Counted from the first letter of the whole stretch, positions 10,146 to 20,764 are shown. The stretch: DNA of 63,722 bases, filler included, from 5 parts of 5 records of this genome joined end to end with filler, not necessarily neighbours in it; one strand, 5' to 3'. The notes: generated by a model from the letters alone, not told the origin. Numbers and translations are program-made.

Positions 10146-11243
10146 TCAGTTGAATATTTTTTTGCACTTGGCCAATGCCGAGGCTATTACTTGGTGCATA
10201 TCATAGTACTTATACTCGGCCAGCCTTCCTCCAAAAATAATATTATCCTTTTCGGACAAGGTCTTATACTTGGAGTAAATTTCATTGTTCCTTAAATCAT
10301 TTATGGGATAATAAGGCTCTTTATTACCGGACCATTCCGTAGGGTATTCTTTGGTTATAACTGTCTTTTCCTGTGTTCCAAATTCAAAATGCTTATGCTC
10401 CAGGATACGGGTATATGGAATGTCTGAAGCTGTATAATTTACAACGGCATTGCCCTGGTAATTTTCCAAATCCAGGATTTCATGCTTAAAGTCCAAACTC
10501 CTATATTCCAGCTTACCATACCGGTAGTCATAATACTCATCGATCTTACCAGTGAACACTAGCTGATCAGCCGTTTCTATCAATTCCGTTTTATCTTTAA
10601 AAAAATCGACCTCTAAACGTGTTTCTATTCCATCCAACAAACCATCGATCAACTTATTGTAACCCCCAATGGGAATTCCTTGGTATTTATCATTGAAATA
10701 ATTATTGTCGAACGTATATCGCAACGGCAACCTTTTTATGATAAAAGCCGGCAGTTCGGTGGCCTTCCTTCCCCACTGTTTCTCCGTATAGCCTTTGATC
10801 AATTTTTCATAGATATCCTTACCGACCAGCGAAAGAGCCTGTTCTTCCAAATTCTTTGGATTTTTAACCCCTACTTCCCTTACTTGTTCTGCAATTACTG
10901 CCTTGGCTTCCTCTGGCGTCTTTACCTTCCACAACTGATAGAAAGTGTTCATATTGAAGGGCAAATTGTAAAGCTCGCCTTTATAATTGGCTACGGGCGA
11001 ATTGGTATACCTATTAAACTCTACAAAACTATTTACATAATCCCAAATTGCCCTGTCATTGGTATGAAAAATGTGCGCCCCGTACTTATGAACATTTATA
11101 CCTTCCACCTCCTCGCAAAAAACATTGCCCCCAAGATGTGATCGCTTATCAATTACCAGACACTTTTTCCCCTTCTTTTTGGCCTCATGGGCAAACACGG
11201 CACCAAATAGTCCAGCTCCTACAATCAGGTAATCGTATTTCAT
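10146..11243 (-). CDS. glf: UDP-galactopyranose mutase
   Basis: GAGLFG FAD motif, HKYGAHIFHT, YTEKQWG, GRLAEYKYYDMHQ. Confidence 0.95.
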   Translation of the reverse strand: MKYDYLIVGAGLFGAVFAHEAKKKGKKCLVIDKRSHLGGNVFCEEVEGINVHKYGAHIFHTNDRAIWDYVNSFVEFNRYTNSPVANYKGELYNLPFNMNTFYQLWKVKTPEEAKAVIAEQVREVGVKNPKNLEEQALSLVGKDIYEKLIKGYTEKQWGRKATELPAFIIKRLPLRYTFDNNYFNDKYQGIPIGGYNKLIDGLLDGIETRLEVDFFKDKTELIETADQLVFTGKIDEYYDYRYGKLEYRSLDFKHEILDLENYQGNAVVNYTASDIPYTRILEHKHFEFGTQEKTVITKEYPTEWSGNKEPYYPINDLRNNEIYSKYKTLSEKDNIIFGGRLAEYKYYDMHQVIASALAKCKKIFN

Positions 11244-11367
11244 TTTAGGTTTATTAGTGCTTATTGTAATTTATAAAAAGTAAAACTAATGTATATTATA
11301 ACGTTTATGAATTGAATTTAAAAAAAAAATCCCCTTTGCCATAACATGGTTATATTTGTAGTGCTTA

Positions 11368-12426
11368 ATGAACCGACCCAAAATGGCCAATTTATATTAT
11401 ATCTCCCGAAATTACAAAGCAACCAACAGTGCGGCCTCCAAGCCGAAAACAGATTGTGAGCGGATCTTGGACACCATAGGTTTCCAAAATTTAGGCTTTA
11501 AACAAACTACTTTTGCCAGTTCTGCCATTGGTGCTGTAGTAAGTTTTTTTGGTATAACCAAGGGCGTTATTCGTTTGCCAAAAAATTCCACCTTGGCCAT
11601 ACAATACCCTCTTAGCAAATATTACAAATACATCACTACCATAGCCGGAATAAAAAAATGTAAAATCGTGTTGATCATTCATGATGTTAAATACCTCATG
11701 GGAAAAAACAAGGATATTGCCCGGGAAATGAAAAAATTCTCATGTGCCGATGTAATCATTGTACATAACGACAACATGAAAAAATGGTTCGAGCAACAAG
11801 GGGCCACCGCAAAATTGATACCCTTGTACATGTTCGATTATTTGGAAGACAATAGCAGCTATACAGCTCCTGAACTTTCTAAAAATGGATTATTCGATGT
11901 AGTTTTCGCCGGTGGCTTGGGAATGGCCAAAAGTGCCTTTATCTATAAATTGGATGCCTTAAAAAATAACAGCTTTCATTTGAAGCTATACGGTAGCGGT
12001 TTTATTAAAGGTGATGTGGACCAGGCCAATTCCATCATAAGTTTTGAAGGCATGTTTTCTCCGGATGAAGTTGCAAAACACATAAGAGGTTCCTTTGGCC
12101 TGGTATGGAACGGGAATTCCATAGACGAATGTGCCGGGCATTTTGGGCAGTATCTTTTATATAACAACCCCCACAAGACATCTCTTTATTTACTCTGTGG
12201 CCTTCCTATAATTATATGGGATAAGGCGGCCATTGCCGCCGTCATTAAAGAACGCCAATTAGGTATTTGTATATCCTCCTTGGAGGAATTGGATGGGAAA
12301 TTAAAAAACCTGTCCAATGAAGACTACCAAAATATGGTAAAAAATGTAGCTGAAGTTAGGGAACAAATAATTTCAGGTGGATTTTTAAAAGAGGCTATGG
12401 GCAAGGCACTTCTAGCACTTTCATAG
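11368..12426 (+). CDS. Putative galactofuranosyltransferase (WbbI/Gtf3-like GT-B)
   Basis: Motifs IQYP, IIHD, IIVHN..M, FDYL, FGLVW, YNNPHKTSLYL. Divergent from glf. Confidence 0.75.
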   Translation: MNRPKMANLYYISRNYKATNSAASKPKTDCERILDTIGFQNLGFKQTTFASSAIGAVVSFFGITKGVIRLPKNSTLAIQYPLSKYYKYITTIAGIKKCKIVLIIHDVKYLMGKNKDIAREMKKFSCADVIIVHNDNMKKWFEQQGATAKLIPLYMFDYLEDNSSYTAPELSKNGLFDVVFAGGLGMAKSAFIYKLDALKNNSFHLKLYGSGFIKGDVDQANSIISFEGMFSPDEVAKHIRGSFGLVWNGNSIDECAGHFGQYLLYNNPHKTSLYLLCGLPIIIWDKAAIAAVIKERQLGICISSLEELDGKLKNLSNEDYQNMVKNVAEVREQIISGGFLKEAMGKALLALS

Positions 12427-12443
12427 CCCCTATATCCACCAAT

Positions 12444-14066
12444 TTAATCCAGTGCTGGTAATTTAAAGTGGTCCAACGGACTGGTTTGTTTCATCACTGC
12501 CTCTATGGCTTCCGTGGTCCTAGGAGCCATCCCCGATAAATTAACAGGGCCATTTTTAGTGATAAGAATATCGTCTTCGATCCTAACTGCTATTCCCCAC
12601 CACTTCTTATCGCAATCGCTCCCCTCCGGTATATAAATTCCAGGTTCCACCGTAATCACCGTATTTTCCTTAAAGGGCTGATAGGTACCCTTATCATGAA
12701 CATCTAGACCTAAATAATGGGAGGTGCCGTGCGGAAAATATTTTCTGGCCTCCTCAGGACTTCCAATTATTCCCAGCTTCATCAACCCCTTGGCAACAAC
12801 TTCACTGGCAGCCTGCCCAGGAGCCTGAAAAGAAGCTCCCAATACACTGGCCTTTATTCCCGCCTCTTGGGCATTGTAAACAATATCGTAAATTTGTTTT
12901 TGTTCCTTTGAAAATTTGCCATTCGCCGGAATGGTACGGGTCACATCGGCAGTATAACCATGGTATTCGGCTCCTAAATCCATCAAAACCAGATCATTCC
13001 CCACCTTAGGTTTATTATTCTCTATATAATGTAGAATACAACCGTTATTGCCTCCACCCACTATTGAAGGATAGCCCTCATATTCGGCACCGTACTTCTT
13101 ATAGACAAACTCATGCACCCCTTGAATTTCCATTTCGGACATATTGGGGTGCATGGCCTTCATAACCTCTATTTGACCAACCGCGGAAATCTCCACGGCC
13201 TTCTTAAGAAGTACCAGCTCTTCCTCGGTCTTAATTTCCCTTAAGGTGTTCATTATTTCCTCAAGCATGGCACTGTTGAGGTTATTGGATTTCAATTGCA
13301 GGGCCACTTTTTCCTTGATTTCAGTCCGGGACCTATCATCTGTAGCCTCCACAAAATCGACGAGTAATTTATCCGATTTTAATTCCTGGTAATAATTTAA
13401 ATACCTCCCCAAGGTTTGGGCCACATTGGCACTATTTTCCAATTCCGTTGACTTGATCATGCTATAAAGCTGTTGCTTAGTGACATCGTAATCTGAAGGA
13501 TAATTGGCTTTTTCCTTAAATGTCCTTATCAAATCAAATAAATCAGCGGGGTCATTGGTATCCCTAAAATCATTATTGAAATCGAAAAACAGTACATTTT
13601 CAAACTTGGAAAAATTAATATCAGCGTTTAAAAATTCTTCCGCATTAAAGGCACGTTCAAACCCCAATTGCCCTTTAACACCCTCTACTCCCAAACGTTT
13701 TCCATTCCATTGTTCGGCCTTTTCATCCCTTTTCTGGGCATAGAGCACCTCATCATAATTGTTCCCGGCTTTATCCTTTTGCATTTCAGAAAATATGAGC
13801 AAAAGGGCATTGGGCTCTTTATACCCGGTTAAATAATAAAAATCCGGATCCTGATGGTATATATAATCCACGTCGTTTGCCCTATTCCTTACAGCTGCAG
13901 CAAAAAATACCGCAACACTATTTGGAGGCATTGCCTTACGCACTTCCTGACGCCTTCCCTTATGAAAATCCGCGCTTAAAAAATCGTTGGGCACTTCCTG
14001 GGCCTGAAACCAAGACGTTAAAAAAAGAAATAAAGAAATCACAATTAAATTCCTCATAGTCATCAT
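12444..14066 (-). CDS. Xaa-Pro aminopeptidase (M24B) with signal peptide
   Basis: QDPDFYYLTG, DLGAEYHGYTADVTRT, HGTSHYLGLDVHD, TVEPGIY, RIEDD. Hydrophobic N-terminus. Confidence 0.9.
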   Translation of the reverse strand: MMTMRNLIVISLFLFLTSWFQAQEVPNDFLSADFHKGRRQEVRKAMPPNSVAVFFAAAVRNRANDVDYIYHQDPDFYYLTGYKEPNALLLIFSEMQKDKAGNNYDEVLYAQKRDEKAEQWNGKRLGVEGVKGQLGFERAFNAEEFLNADINFSKFENVLFFDFNNDFRDTNDPADLFDLIRTFKEKANYPSDYDVTKQQLYSMIKSTELENSANVAQTLGRYLNYYQELKSDKLLVDFVEATDDRSRTEIKEKVALQLKSNNLNSAMLEEIMNTLREIKTEEELVLLKKAVEISAVGQIEVMKAMHPNMSEMEIQGVHEFVYKKYGAEYEGYPSIVGGGNNGCILHYIENNKPKVGNDLVLMDLGAEYHGYTADVTRTIPANGKFSKEQKQIYDIVYNAQEAGIKASVLGASFQAPGQAASEVVAKGLMKLGIIGSPEEARKYFPHGTSHYLGLDVHDKGTYQPFKENTVITVEPGIYIPEGSDCDKKWWGIAVRIEDDILITKNGPVNLSGMAPRTTEAIEAVMKQTSPLDHFKLPALD

Positions 14067-14318
14067 TAAATTAATGCTTAAAAATAATCAATTATAATAC
14101 CTTATCGATCAATAATTGGCCTGAAATACGGAAAAGCATACCGACCAACCCCATAAGGGACAAAAAATAATCACTGCCCAGTTTGAAGAGGGGAACATCC
14201 CTGCTCCCACAAATTATTAAAGTAGGAACCCAAATTAACATCAATTTGTGCAAAACAAAAAGTATATAGATTCTCCCTTCGATTAATTTTCGATATTTTT
14301 ACGCCTCAAATTATTCAA

Positions 14319-15404
14319 ATGAAAAACACCGCATTGACAAAAACCCATGAGGCATTGGGTGCCAAAATGGTACCTTTTGCAGGATATAATATGCCTGTTT
14401 CCTATGAAGGAGTTAATATAGAACATGAAACGGTCCGCAAAGGCGTGGGCGTCTTTGATGTATCCCATATGGGCGAGTTCTTGGTAGGAGGTCCCAATGC
14501 ATTGGACCTCATACAAAAAGTAACTTCCAATGATGCTTCCAAATTAACCATTGGCAAGGCACAATACAGTTGTTTACCTAACGAAACAGGTGGTATTGTG
14601 GACGACCTAATAGTCTATAAAATTAAAGAAGAACAATATCTTTTGGTTGTAAACGCCTCAAATATTGATAAAGACTGGGAACACCTTAGTAAATACAATA
14701 AGGATTTTGGTGCAGATCTGCGCAATATATCCGACGGGTATTCCCTTCTTGCCATTCAGGGCCCCAAAGCCGTGGAAGCCATGCAGACGTTGACCTCAAT
14801 AGACTTAAACGCTATAAAGTTCTATTCCTTTGAAGTAGCGGATTTTGGAGGTATAGAACATGTAATAATCTCAGCCACAGGTTATACAGGTTCTGGAGGT
14901 TTTGAAATATATTGCAAGAATGAAGAAGTACAACAGATTTGGGACAAGGTTTTTGAAGCCGGTGCCAAATACAACATAAAACCTATTGGACTTGCTGCCA
15001 GGGATACTTTGCGTTTGGAAATGGGCTACTGTTTGTACGGTAATGACATCAATGATTCTACTTCGCCACTGGAAGCAGGCTTAGGATGGATTACCAAGTT
15101 CAGCAAGGATTTTGTAAATAGCGAAGCCTTAGCCAAACAAAAAGAAGAAGGTGTTACCAAAAAACTGGTAGCCTTTGAGCTGGATGAGAAGGGGATTCCA
15201 AGGCACGATTACGATATTGTTGATGAATCGGGAAATAAAATAGGGATTGTAACCTCGGGCACCATGTCGCCTTCCATGGGGAAAGGTATTGGTCTGGGCT
15301 ATGTGCCCCCGGCAGCATCCCAAATTGGCGGTAAAATCTATATTCAAATTAGGAAAAATGCAGTTCCTGCTACCATTGTTAAACTCCCTTTTTATAAGGT
15401 CTAA
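14319..15404 (+). CDS. gcvT: Glycine cleavage system aminomethyltransferase T
   Basis: [43 protein letters not shown]. Confidence 0.97.
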   Translation: MKNTALTKTHEALGAKMVPFAGYNMPVSYEGVNIEHETVRKGVGVFDVSHMGEFLVGGPNALDLIQKVTSNDASKLTIGKAQYSCLPNETGGIVDDLIVYKIKEEQYLLVVNASNIDKDWEHLSKYNKDFGADLRNISDGYSLLAIQGPKAVEAMQTLTSIDLNAIKFYSFEVADFGGIEHVIISATGYTGSGGFEIYCKNEEVQQIWDKVFEAGAKYNIKPIGLAARDTLRLEMGYCLYGNDINDSTSPLEAGLGWITKFSKDFVNSEALAKQKEEGVTKKLVAFELDEKGIPRHDYDIVDESGNKIGIVTSGTMSPSMGKGIGLGYVPPAASQIGGKIYIQIRKNAVPATIVKLPFYKV

Positions 15405-15443
15405 CAGATGTAGCGATTGAGTTTTGCAAAAGGAGGTGATAGA

Positions 15444-16262
15444 ATGAACAAAATACTCATTTTAGGAGCAAGCGGTTTTATAGGTAATGCCATTTACAAG
15501 GAATTACATTCCTATTTTGACACCTATGGTACTTATTACTCCGCAAGAAGGAGCTTTGAGAACAATCAACAGTTCTTCCGTTATGATCTGGAGGAGGATG
15601 ACGTACATGATATTTTGAACAAAGTAAAACCCGATTTAATAATTTCTGCCCTAAGGGGAAATTTCCAAGCACAGGTAATGGCCCACCAACATATGGTGGA
15701 ATACATCCAAAACAGGGATTGCAAATTGTATTTTATATCCTCTGCCAACGTCTTTGATGCCTATAGCAAATACCCTTCCTATGAAAATGACAAGACTTTG
15801 TCCGAAAGCATCTATGGCCGACTGAAAATTAAAATAGAAAATATGCTGCTGAGGATACCTGTTTCCAAAATGGCCATTCTTAGAGTGCCCATGGTTTTTG
15901 GCATAAATTCACCGAGAATTAAAGAAATAAAAAATGCCCTGACCAATAAAGAACCTATTGAAGTATTCCCCAATTTGATCATCAACGTCACCAACGATGA
16001 TAAACTAACACAGCAAATACATTACCTTATAAACCACAATAAGTCAGGAACTTTTCATTTGGGAAGTGTAGACCTAATACACCATGAAGATTTTATAAAG
16101 GAAATCGTAAGCCGTTTGGGCAACTACCAGCCTATTTACAAACGTGTATTTACCACCAATGAGGACCGTTATTTGGCGGTGCTGCCAAAAACGAACCAGC
16201 TTCCAAAGAATTTATTATTTAACTATCAGGAGATAATAGACCATCATATCTTTAGTGAATAA
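15444..16262 (+). CDS. RmlD-like sugar-nucleotide-binding extended SDR protein
   Basis: ILGASGFIG Rossmann motif and YGRLK (YxxxK). ATG 15444 preferred; TTG 15417 is possible. Confidence 0.8.
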   Translation: MNKILILGASGFIGNAIYKELHSYFDTYGTYYSARRSFENNQQFFRYDLEEDDVHDILNKVKPDLIISALRGNFQAQVMAHQHMVEYIQNRDCKLYFISSANVFDAYSKYPSYENDKTLSESIYGRLKIKIENMLLRIPVSKMAILRVPMVFGINSPRIKEIKNALTNKEPIEVFPNLIINVTNDDKLTQQIHYLINHNKSGTFHLGSVDLIHHEDFIKEIVSRLGNYQPIYKRVFTTNEDRYLAVLPKTNQLPKNLLFNYQEIIDHHIFSE

Positions 16263-16310
16263 GCCGCGTGGAATTGTACTGTTTTAATTAACTTTATAAA
16301 AAATAGCGAC

Positions 16311-16598
16311 ATGAAAAAATTATCTGAATCAGAAATAGAAAAGCGATTGGAGGAATTGGACGGTTGGGATTATGTGGATGGTGCCATTGAAACCTCTTTT
16401 GAATTTAAGAATTTCAAGGATGCGTTCTCTGTAATGACCAGAATCGCCTTTGAATGTGAATCCCAAAATCATCACCCGGATTGGAGCAATGTCTACAATT
16501 CCCTTAATATAAGGCTTTCCACCCATGATGCGGAGGGAGTTACTGAAAGGGATTTTAAGTTGGCGCAGAGTATTGAGGAAATTATTGTAAGTCAGTAG
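16311..16598 (+). CDS. phhB: Pterin-4-alpha-carbinolamine dehydratase
   Basis: FKNFKDAFS, NHHPDW, LSTHDAEGVTERD. Confidence 0.9.
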   Translation: MKKLSESEIEKRLEELDGWDYVDGAIETSFEFKNFKDAFSVMTRIAFECESQNHHPDWSNVYNSLNIRLSTHDAEGVTERDFKLAQSIEEIIVSQ

Positions 16599-16607
16599 AC
16601 TTAACAC

Positions 16608-16637
16608 TTGCGCCAGCAGTAAAAATTATTAAATTTG
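16608..16637 (+). promoter_or_regulatory. Bacteroidota-type promoter for yebC
   Basis: TTG (16608-16610), 19-nt spacer, TAAATTTG (16630-16637). Confidence 0.6.
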
Positions 16638-16665
16638 TTCCAAATTATTATAATAAAACTAAGAA

Positions 16666-17376
16666 ATGGGAAGAGCTTTTGAGTTTAGAAAAGCACGTAA
16701 AATGAAAAGGTGGTCCGCTATGTCAAAGGCCTTTACCAGAATAGGCAAAGACATTGTTATGGCAGTAAAAGAGGGAGGGCCAGACCCTAGCTCCAATGCG
16801 CGATTAAGGGCCGTTATCCAAAACGCCAAGGCGGTAAACATGCCCAAAGACAATGTGGAAAGAGCCATTAAACGGGCATCTGACAAAAGCTTGGGCGACT
16901 TCAAGGAAGTTCTTTTTGAGGGATACGCACCTCATGGCATTGCCATTTTAGTAGAAACAGCCACGGACAACAACACTAGGACCGTAGCCAATGTTAGAAG
17001 TTATTTCAACAAATGCAACGGTAGCTTGGGAACCTCGGGTTCTGTTGAGTTTATGTTCGACCATACCTGTAACTTTAGGATTCCTGCAGAGGGTATAGAC
17101 CCAGAGGAATTGGAATTGGAAATGATCGATTTTGGGGCGGAAGAAGTCTTTGCGGATGAGGACGGTATATTGATCTATGCTCCCTTTGAGAGTTTCGGGG
17201 CCATTCAGAAAGAATTGGAGAACAGGGGCATCGAAATCCTATCTTCAGGTTTCGAGCGTATTCCACAGGTCACTAAAGCCCTTAGCGAGGAAGAAGCGGC
17301 CGATGTAGAAAAACTCTTGGAGAAAATAGAAGAGGATGATGATGTGCAGAACGTATATCACACCATGCAGGAATAA
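16666..17376 (+). CDS. yebC: YebC/PmpR family protein
   Basis: MGRAFEFRK, GGPDPSSNARLR, EGYAPHG, TDNNTRT, DDDVQNVYH. Confidence 0.95.
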   Translation: MGRAFEFRKARKMKRWSAMSKAFTRIGKDIVMAVKEGGPDPSSNARLRAVIQNAKAVNMPKDNVERAIKRASDKSLGDFKEVLFEGYAPHGIAILVETATDNNTRTVANVRSYFNKCNGSLGTSGSVEFMFDHTCNFRIPAEGIDPEELELEMIDFGAEEVFADEDGILIYAPFESFGAIQKELENRGIEILSSGFERIPQVTKALSEEEAADVEKLLEKIEEDDDVQNVYHTMQE

Positions 17377-17397
17377 TAATCACCTTACAATAATTAG

Positions 17398-17423
17398 AAA
17401 GAGGCCCGTAATTGGGCCTCTTT
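17398..17423. terminator. Bidirectional Rho-independent terminator
   Basis: AAAGAGGCCC-gtaatt-GGGCCTCTTT between convergent genes. Confidence 0.85.
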
Positions 17424-17473
17424 AATTTTTTTGAAATAATAAAATCAGGTGAAAAATTCTGCAGAATCCAGTT

Positions 17474-18574
17474 TTAGTGCAGCTCGTCTTCAGACCCGAT
17501 AATGAGTGATTTGTTCAACGTAAGAACAATGGTTCCCTCATCTTCCGTTGGGGTAACCGAGGTTATAAAATTATTCTGTTGGTTTCCTGAGGTTACAATA
17601 GGATTACCGTACCAATTATTTCCATTGTTTACAAAGATATTATTGGTAATGGTAGTTTTGGAATCATGTTTAAAACCTCCACCTGTATTAATAATAGTTC
17701 CTGTATTTCCCTGAAAAAGGTTCCCATCAAAAAGGGTATTGTTGGCCCCAAGTGTATCCTCGCCCCAGGATGGGGTATCGCCAATCTTACTTGAAAACGT
17801 AAACAACAACCGACCGGTATTGTTAACGAATTTGGAGTTTAATATCTGGTAGCGGTTTACCCCCTTAAAACTGGCTATTTGATCATAATTCCCGCTAAAG
17901 ATGCAATTATCTATTTTCACATAATGCTCCGTTGAAAAAATCAAGCCCCTATTGGAAATAAATGACGATCCGGTAATGGTAATTCTATTGGTATAGTCAT
18001 TTTCATTATCCGAAGTAAAATTGGGAGTAGATCCCCAATAGCTCCTAAACAAGGTGGCAGAATTATTTTCAAAAACGGAATTGGAAATAGTTATGGATGA
18101 ATTATCTCCCTTGGACCAAAATGCTGTTTGATTGGAAACGCCTGTAACCCTTATTTCTGAAGCCTTTACTGCAGAGCCCGTAACGGCAAAAATAGTTCCA
18201 TCATTGTAATTATCTGCAGAATCGGTTAAGGTTAGCCCGGAGATATCCAAGTTAAACCCTTTATTAATCACGAACATACGATAATTCCCTTCCCCAGAGA
18301 TGGTGATTTGCTTCGCCCCAGGTCCAGCAATGGTCAGATTACTATTAATGTGAGGCAGATCTGCAGACAAGCTAAGAGTGCCCTCCAATCCTTCCACAAA
18401 ACTTATTTTATTGATTTCCCCATCAGCATTGGCGGCATTTATGGCCCAACGTAAAGTACCCTTAACATCATCGTCACCAAGACTATTAACCATTACTTCA
18501 ACTTGGGCAATAGAAGTAAAAAAACAGAAGACGGAAATTAAAAAGACTATTATTTGATTTCTTTTCATTCTCAA
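17474..18574 (-). CDS. Secreted right-handed beta-helix (pectin-lyase-fold-like) protein
   Basis: Signal peptide, N-terminal V-NS..D...GTLRWAI cap motif, repeated I.NS.F..N strands. Confidence 0.65.
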   Translation of the reverse strand: MRMKRNQIIVFLISVFCFFTSIAQVEVMVNSLGDDDVKGTLRWAINAANADGEINKISFVEGLEGTLSLSADLPHINSNLTIAGPGAKQITISGEGNYRMFVINKGFNLDISGLTLTDSADNYNDGTIFAVTGSAVKASEIRVTGVSNQTAFWSKGDNSSITISNSVFENNSATLFRSYWGSTPNFTSDNENDYTNRITITGSSFISNRGLIFSTEHYVKIDNCIFSGNYDQIASFKGVNRYQILNSKFVNNTGRLLFTFSSKIGDTPSWGEDTLGANNTLFDGNLFQGNTGTIINTGGGFKHDSKTTITNNIFVNNGNNWYGNPIVTSGNQQNNFITSVTPTEDEGTIVLTLNKSLIIGSEDELH

Positions 18575-18955
18575 TGGAATTAATACTATAAATGCTATTT
18601 AAATCAACGTTATTCCTTAATATAACCAGGCCTAAACCTTGTTCCTTGATAACGTATTAAGATCAAAATTAGTATTCCACGCCCAAAAAAGGATTTATTA
18701 AAGCACTAAAGATGTATAAGTACCTGAAAATGTTGTGTACAGCTCTTATTGAGCAGTTTGATTACATTTATGAAGGAATCAAATCCATTGTCCAAGGTGA
18801 CATAACCGTCAATTTAATTATAGCTCTTTTAATTATTTCAAAAATTAGAATATACTACAACTAAAAATCCATTTTAAGTATAAATTATTTCCAGTGAAAA
18901 CACAGAATTCCAAGAGAGCGGTTATCCTGTCCATTGGGGTGTATAATAGTGAATA

Positions 18956-19495
18956 TCAAAAACTATTTTCCGGCACCTTGCCCACCACTCCTTTAAAGAA
19001 TGCCTTATAAGTTGCAAAATCTTCCTCTTTGTCATACGTAGGATATTGAGGCTTGGAAATTTTAATCTGCTTTTTTCCAAAGTCGAACGCCACCATCACA
19101 ATGGGAACCTTGGCCGCCTTGGCAATATAGTAGAAACCTGTTTTCCATTCCGAAACCTGTTTTCTTGTTCCTTCCGGGGAAAGCGCCAATCTGAATTTTT
19201 TATTTTGATTGAATATTTTGGCCGTAGCACTCACCGTATCCATATTTTTACTTCTATCGATAGGAGCACCGCCCATCCAGCGAAAATACCAACCAAATGG
19301 CGGTTTAAAAAGTGCCTTCTTGCCTATAAAATGGATATCCTCGTTCAAAACCCGCCTAATCAAAAGTCCCAAAAAGAAATCGACCCAACTGGTATGTGGC
19401 ACCACAATAACAACACATTTATCCAGTTGTGGAAAGGATCCCACCAATTTCCAGCCTAAAATTTTAAAATATATAAACTTGGCAAGGGTCTGCAT
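18956..19495 (-). CDS. 1-acyl-sn-glycerol-3-phosphate acyltransferase family protein
   Basis: PHTSWVD (HX4D), SPEGTR, KTGFYYIA. Confidence 0.88.
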   Translation of the reverse strand: MQTLAKFIYFKILGWKLVGSFPQLDKCVVIVVPHTSWVDFFLGLLIRRVLNEDIHFIGKKALFKPPFGWYFRWMGGAPIDRSKNMDTVSATAKIFNQNKKFRLALSPEGTRKQVSEWKTGFYYIAKAAKVPIVMVAFDFGKKQIKISKPQYPTYDKEEDFATYKAFFKGVVGKVPENSF

Positions 19496-19632
19496 AAACC
19501 ATTAACTATTTAAAATGTTAGGTGCCTTTTGTACTTGATCCAGATACCCCTATTTACCACAACCTGCCTTGTTTATATTTGCTACAAAACGTAGCACAAG
19601 TTGGAACATAAAGAATCATAATCTACGATATA

Positions 19633-20760
19633 TTATATTTTTTGATAGATCGATTTTAATTTTTCAGGGGTTATAATAGTGCGCCATTCCTTTCCCAAAG
19701 CATTTTCCCATAAGGGCACAAGGCTAAGGGCCACATTTATCATAATTTCAAAATCATCATTGGTCAGCTCACCACAGATGCCTTTTGGCAACCGGATGTT
19801 GTGTTTTACCTTCATTTCATTAAATAATTCTACTCCTTCAGGATAAAACTCCTTCAAATGCTGGAACACCAAACAGTTTCCTATTCCATGTCTAACACCC
19901 AATAAATAGGACAGACCATAGCTCATGGCATGCGCAACCCCAACCTGGGAGTAGGCTATGCTCATTCCCCCATGCCAGGAAGCCATCATTAATTTATTTC
20001 TAGCATCATCCTCTTGCAGATCATCCAAATACACCTCTTTACATAATTCCAGTGCCTTTTCACCATAGCTCTGGCTAAAAGCGTTCAAAAAAGTACCGTT
20101 GAGGGATTCTATACAATGTATAAAACAATCCATACCAGTATAGAACCATTGCTCTTTTGAAACCCCTTTGGTTAAATCCGGATCCAAGAGCACTTGGTCA
20201 AAAGTGGTAAAATCGGAGTTTATTCCCAATTTTTTCTCCGGCCCCAATAATACCGTTGTCCTGGACACTTCTGCACCGGTACCGCTTATGGTGGGTATAC
20301 CAACATGATAAATGGATGGTTTTTTTACCAAATCCCAACCTTGATATTGAAACGCATTGCCTTTATTGGTCAACATGATGGCCACAGCTTTAGCCAAATC
20401 CAACAAAGTACCCCCACCTATACCGATAATTCCAGAAGGCAGATTGTCATAATCGTTTTTTATTTTCTGGACCAAGGCATCTACTTGGTCCGTTTTAGGT
20501 TCCTCGTCTGCCGAAATGAATATTATTTGATCGTTAAAAATTAACGGTATTCTGGAAATTAGCCCACTACCTTCGAATACATCGTCTACCAAAAAAATAA
20601 ATGGCGCCTCGGAATTAATCCGTCTTGGCAACAGAATCTCCCCCAACTGTCCAAAACAACCCGCTCCAAATATAACGCGAGGCACCATAGGAAAGTTCTT
20701 GTAATTCGTCTTCAATTCAGGGCTTGTAATTGTGTTGATATTTTTACTCTTTATGTCCAT
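19633..20760 (-). CDS. kdnB: Iron-containing alcohol dehydrogenase family, KdnB-like (Kdo 8-oxidase)
   Basis: GGGTLLDLAKA, YQGWDL, PTISGTGAE, QWFYTGMDC, GGMSIAYSQVG, HGIGNC resemble KdnB as I recall it. Co-operonic with kdsB. Confidence 0.75.
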   Translation of the reverse strand: MDIKSKNINTITSPELKTNYKNFPMVPRVIFGAGCFGQLGEILLPRRINSEAPFIFLVDDVFEGSGLISRIPLIFNDQIIFISADEEPKTDQVDALVQKIKNDYDNLPSGIIGIGGGTLLDLAKAVAIMLTNKGNAFQYQGWDLVKKPSIYHVGIPTISGTGAEVSRTTVLLGPEKKLGINSDFTTFDQVLLDPDLTKGVSKEQWFYTGMDCFIHCIESLNGTFLNAFSQSYGEKALELCKEVYLDDLQEDDARNKLMMASWHGGMSIAYSQVGVAHAMSYGLSYLLGVRHGIGNCLVFQHLKEFYPEGVELFNEMKVKHNIRLPKGICGELTNDDFEIMINVALSLVPLWENALGKEWRTIITPEKLKSIYQKI

Positions 20761-20764
20761 AAAC

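Noticed and set aside
14067..14318. Glycine riboswitch upstream of gcvT
   Set aside because: No recognisable GGAGA/CCGAAG/CUCUCAGG aptamer motifs; the region looks like a divergent promoter.
18712..18864. 50-aa ORF MYKYLKMLC...VNLIIALLIISKIRIYYN on the plus strand
   Set aside because: AT-rich intergenic DNA readily yields hydrophobic short ORFs. No motif or other support.
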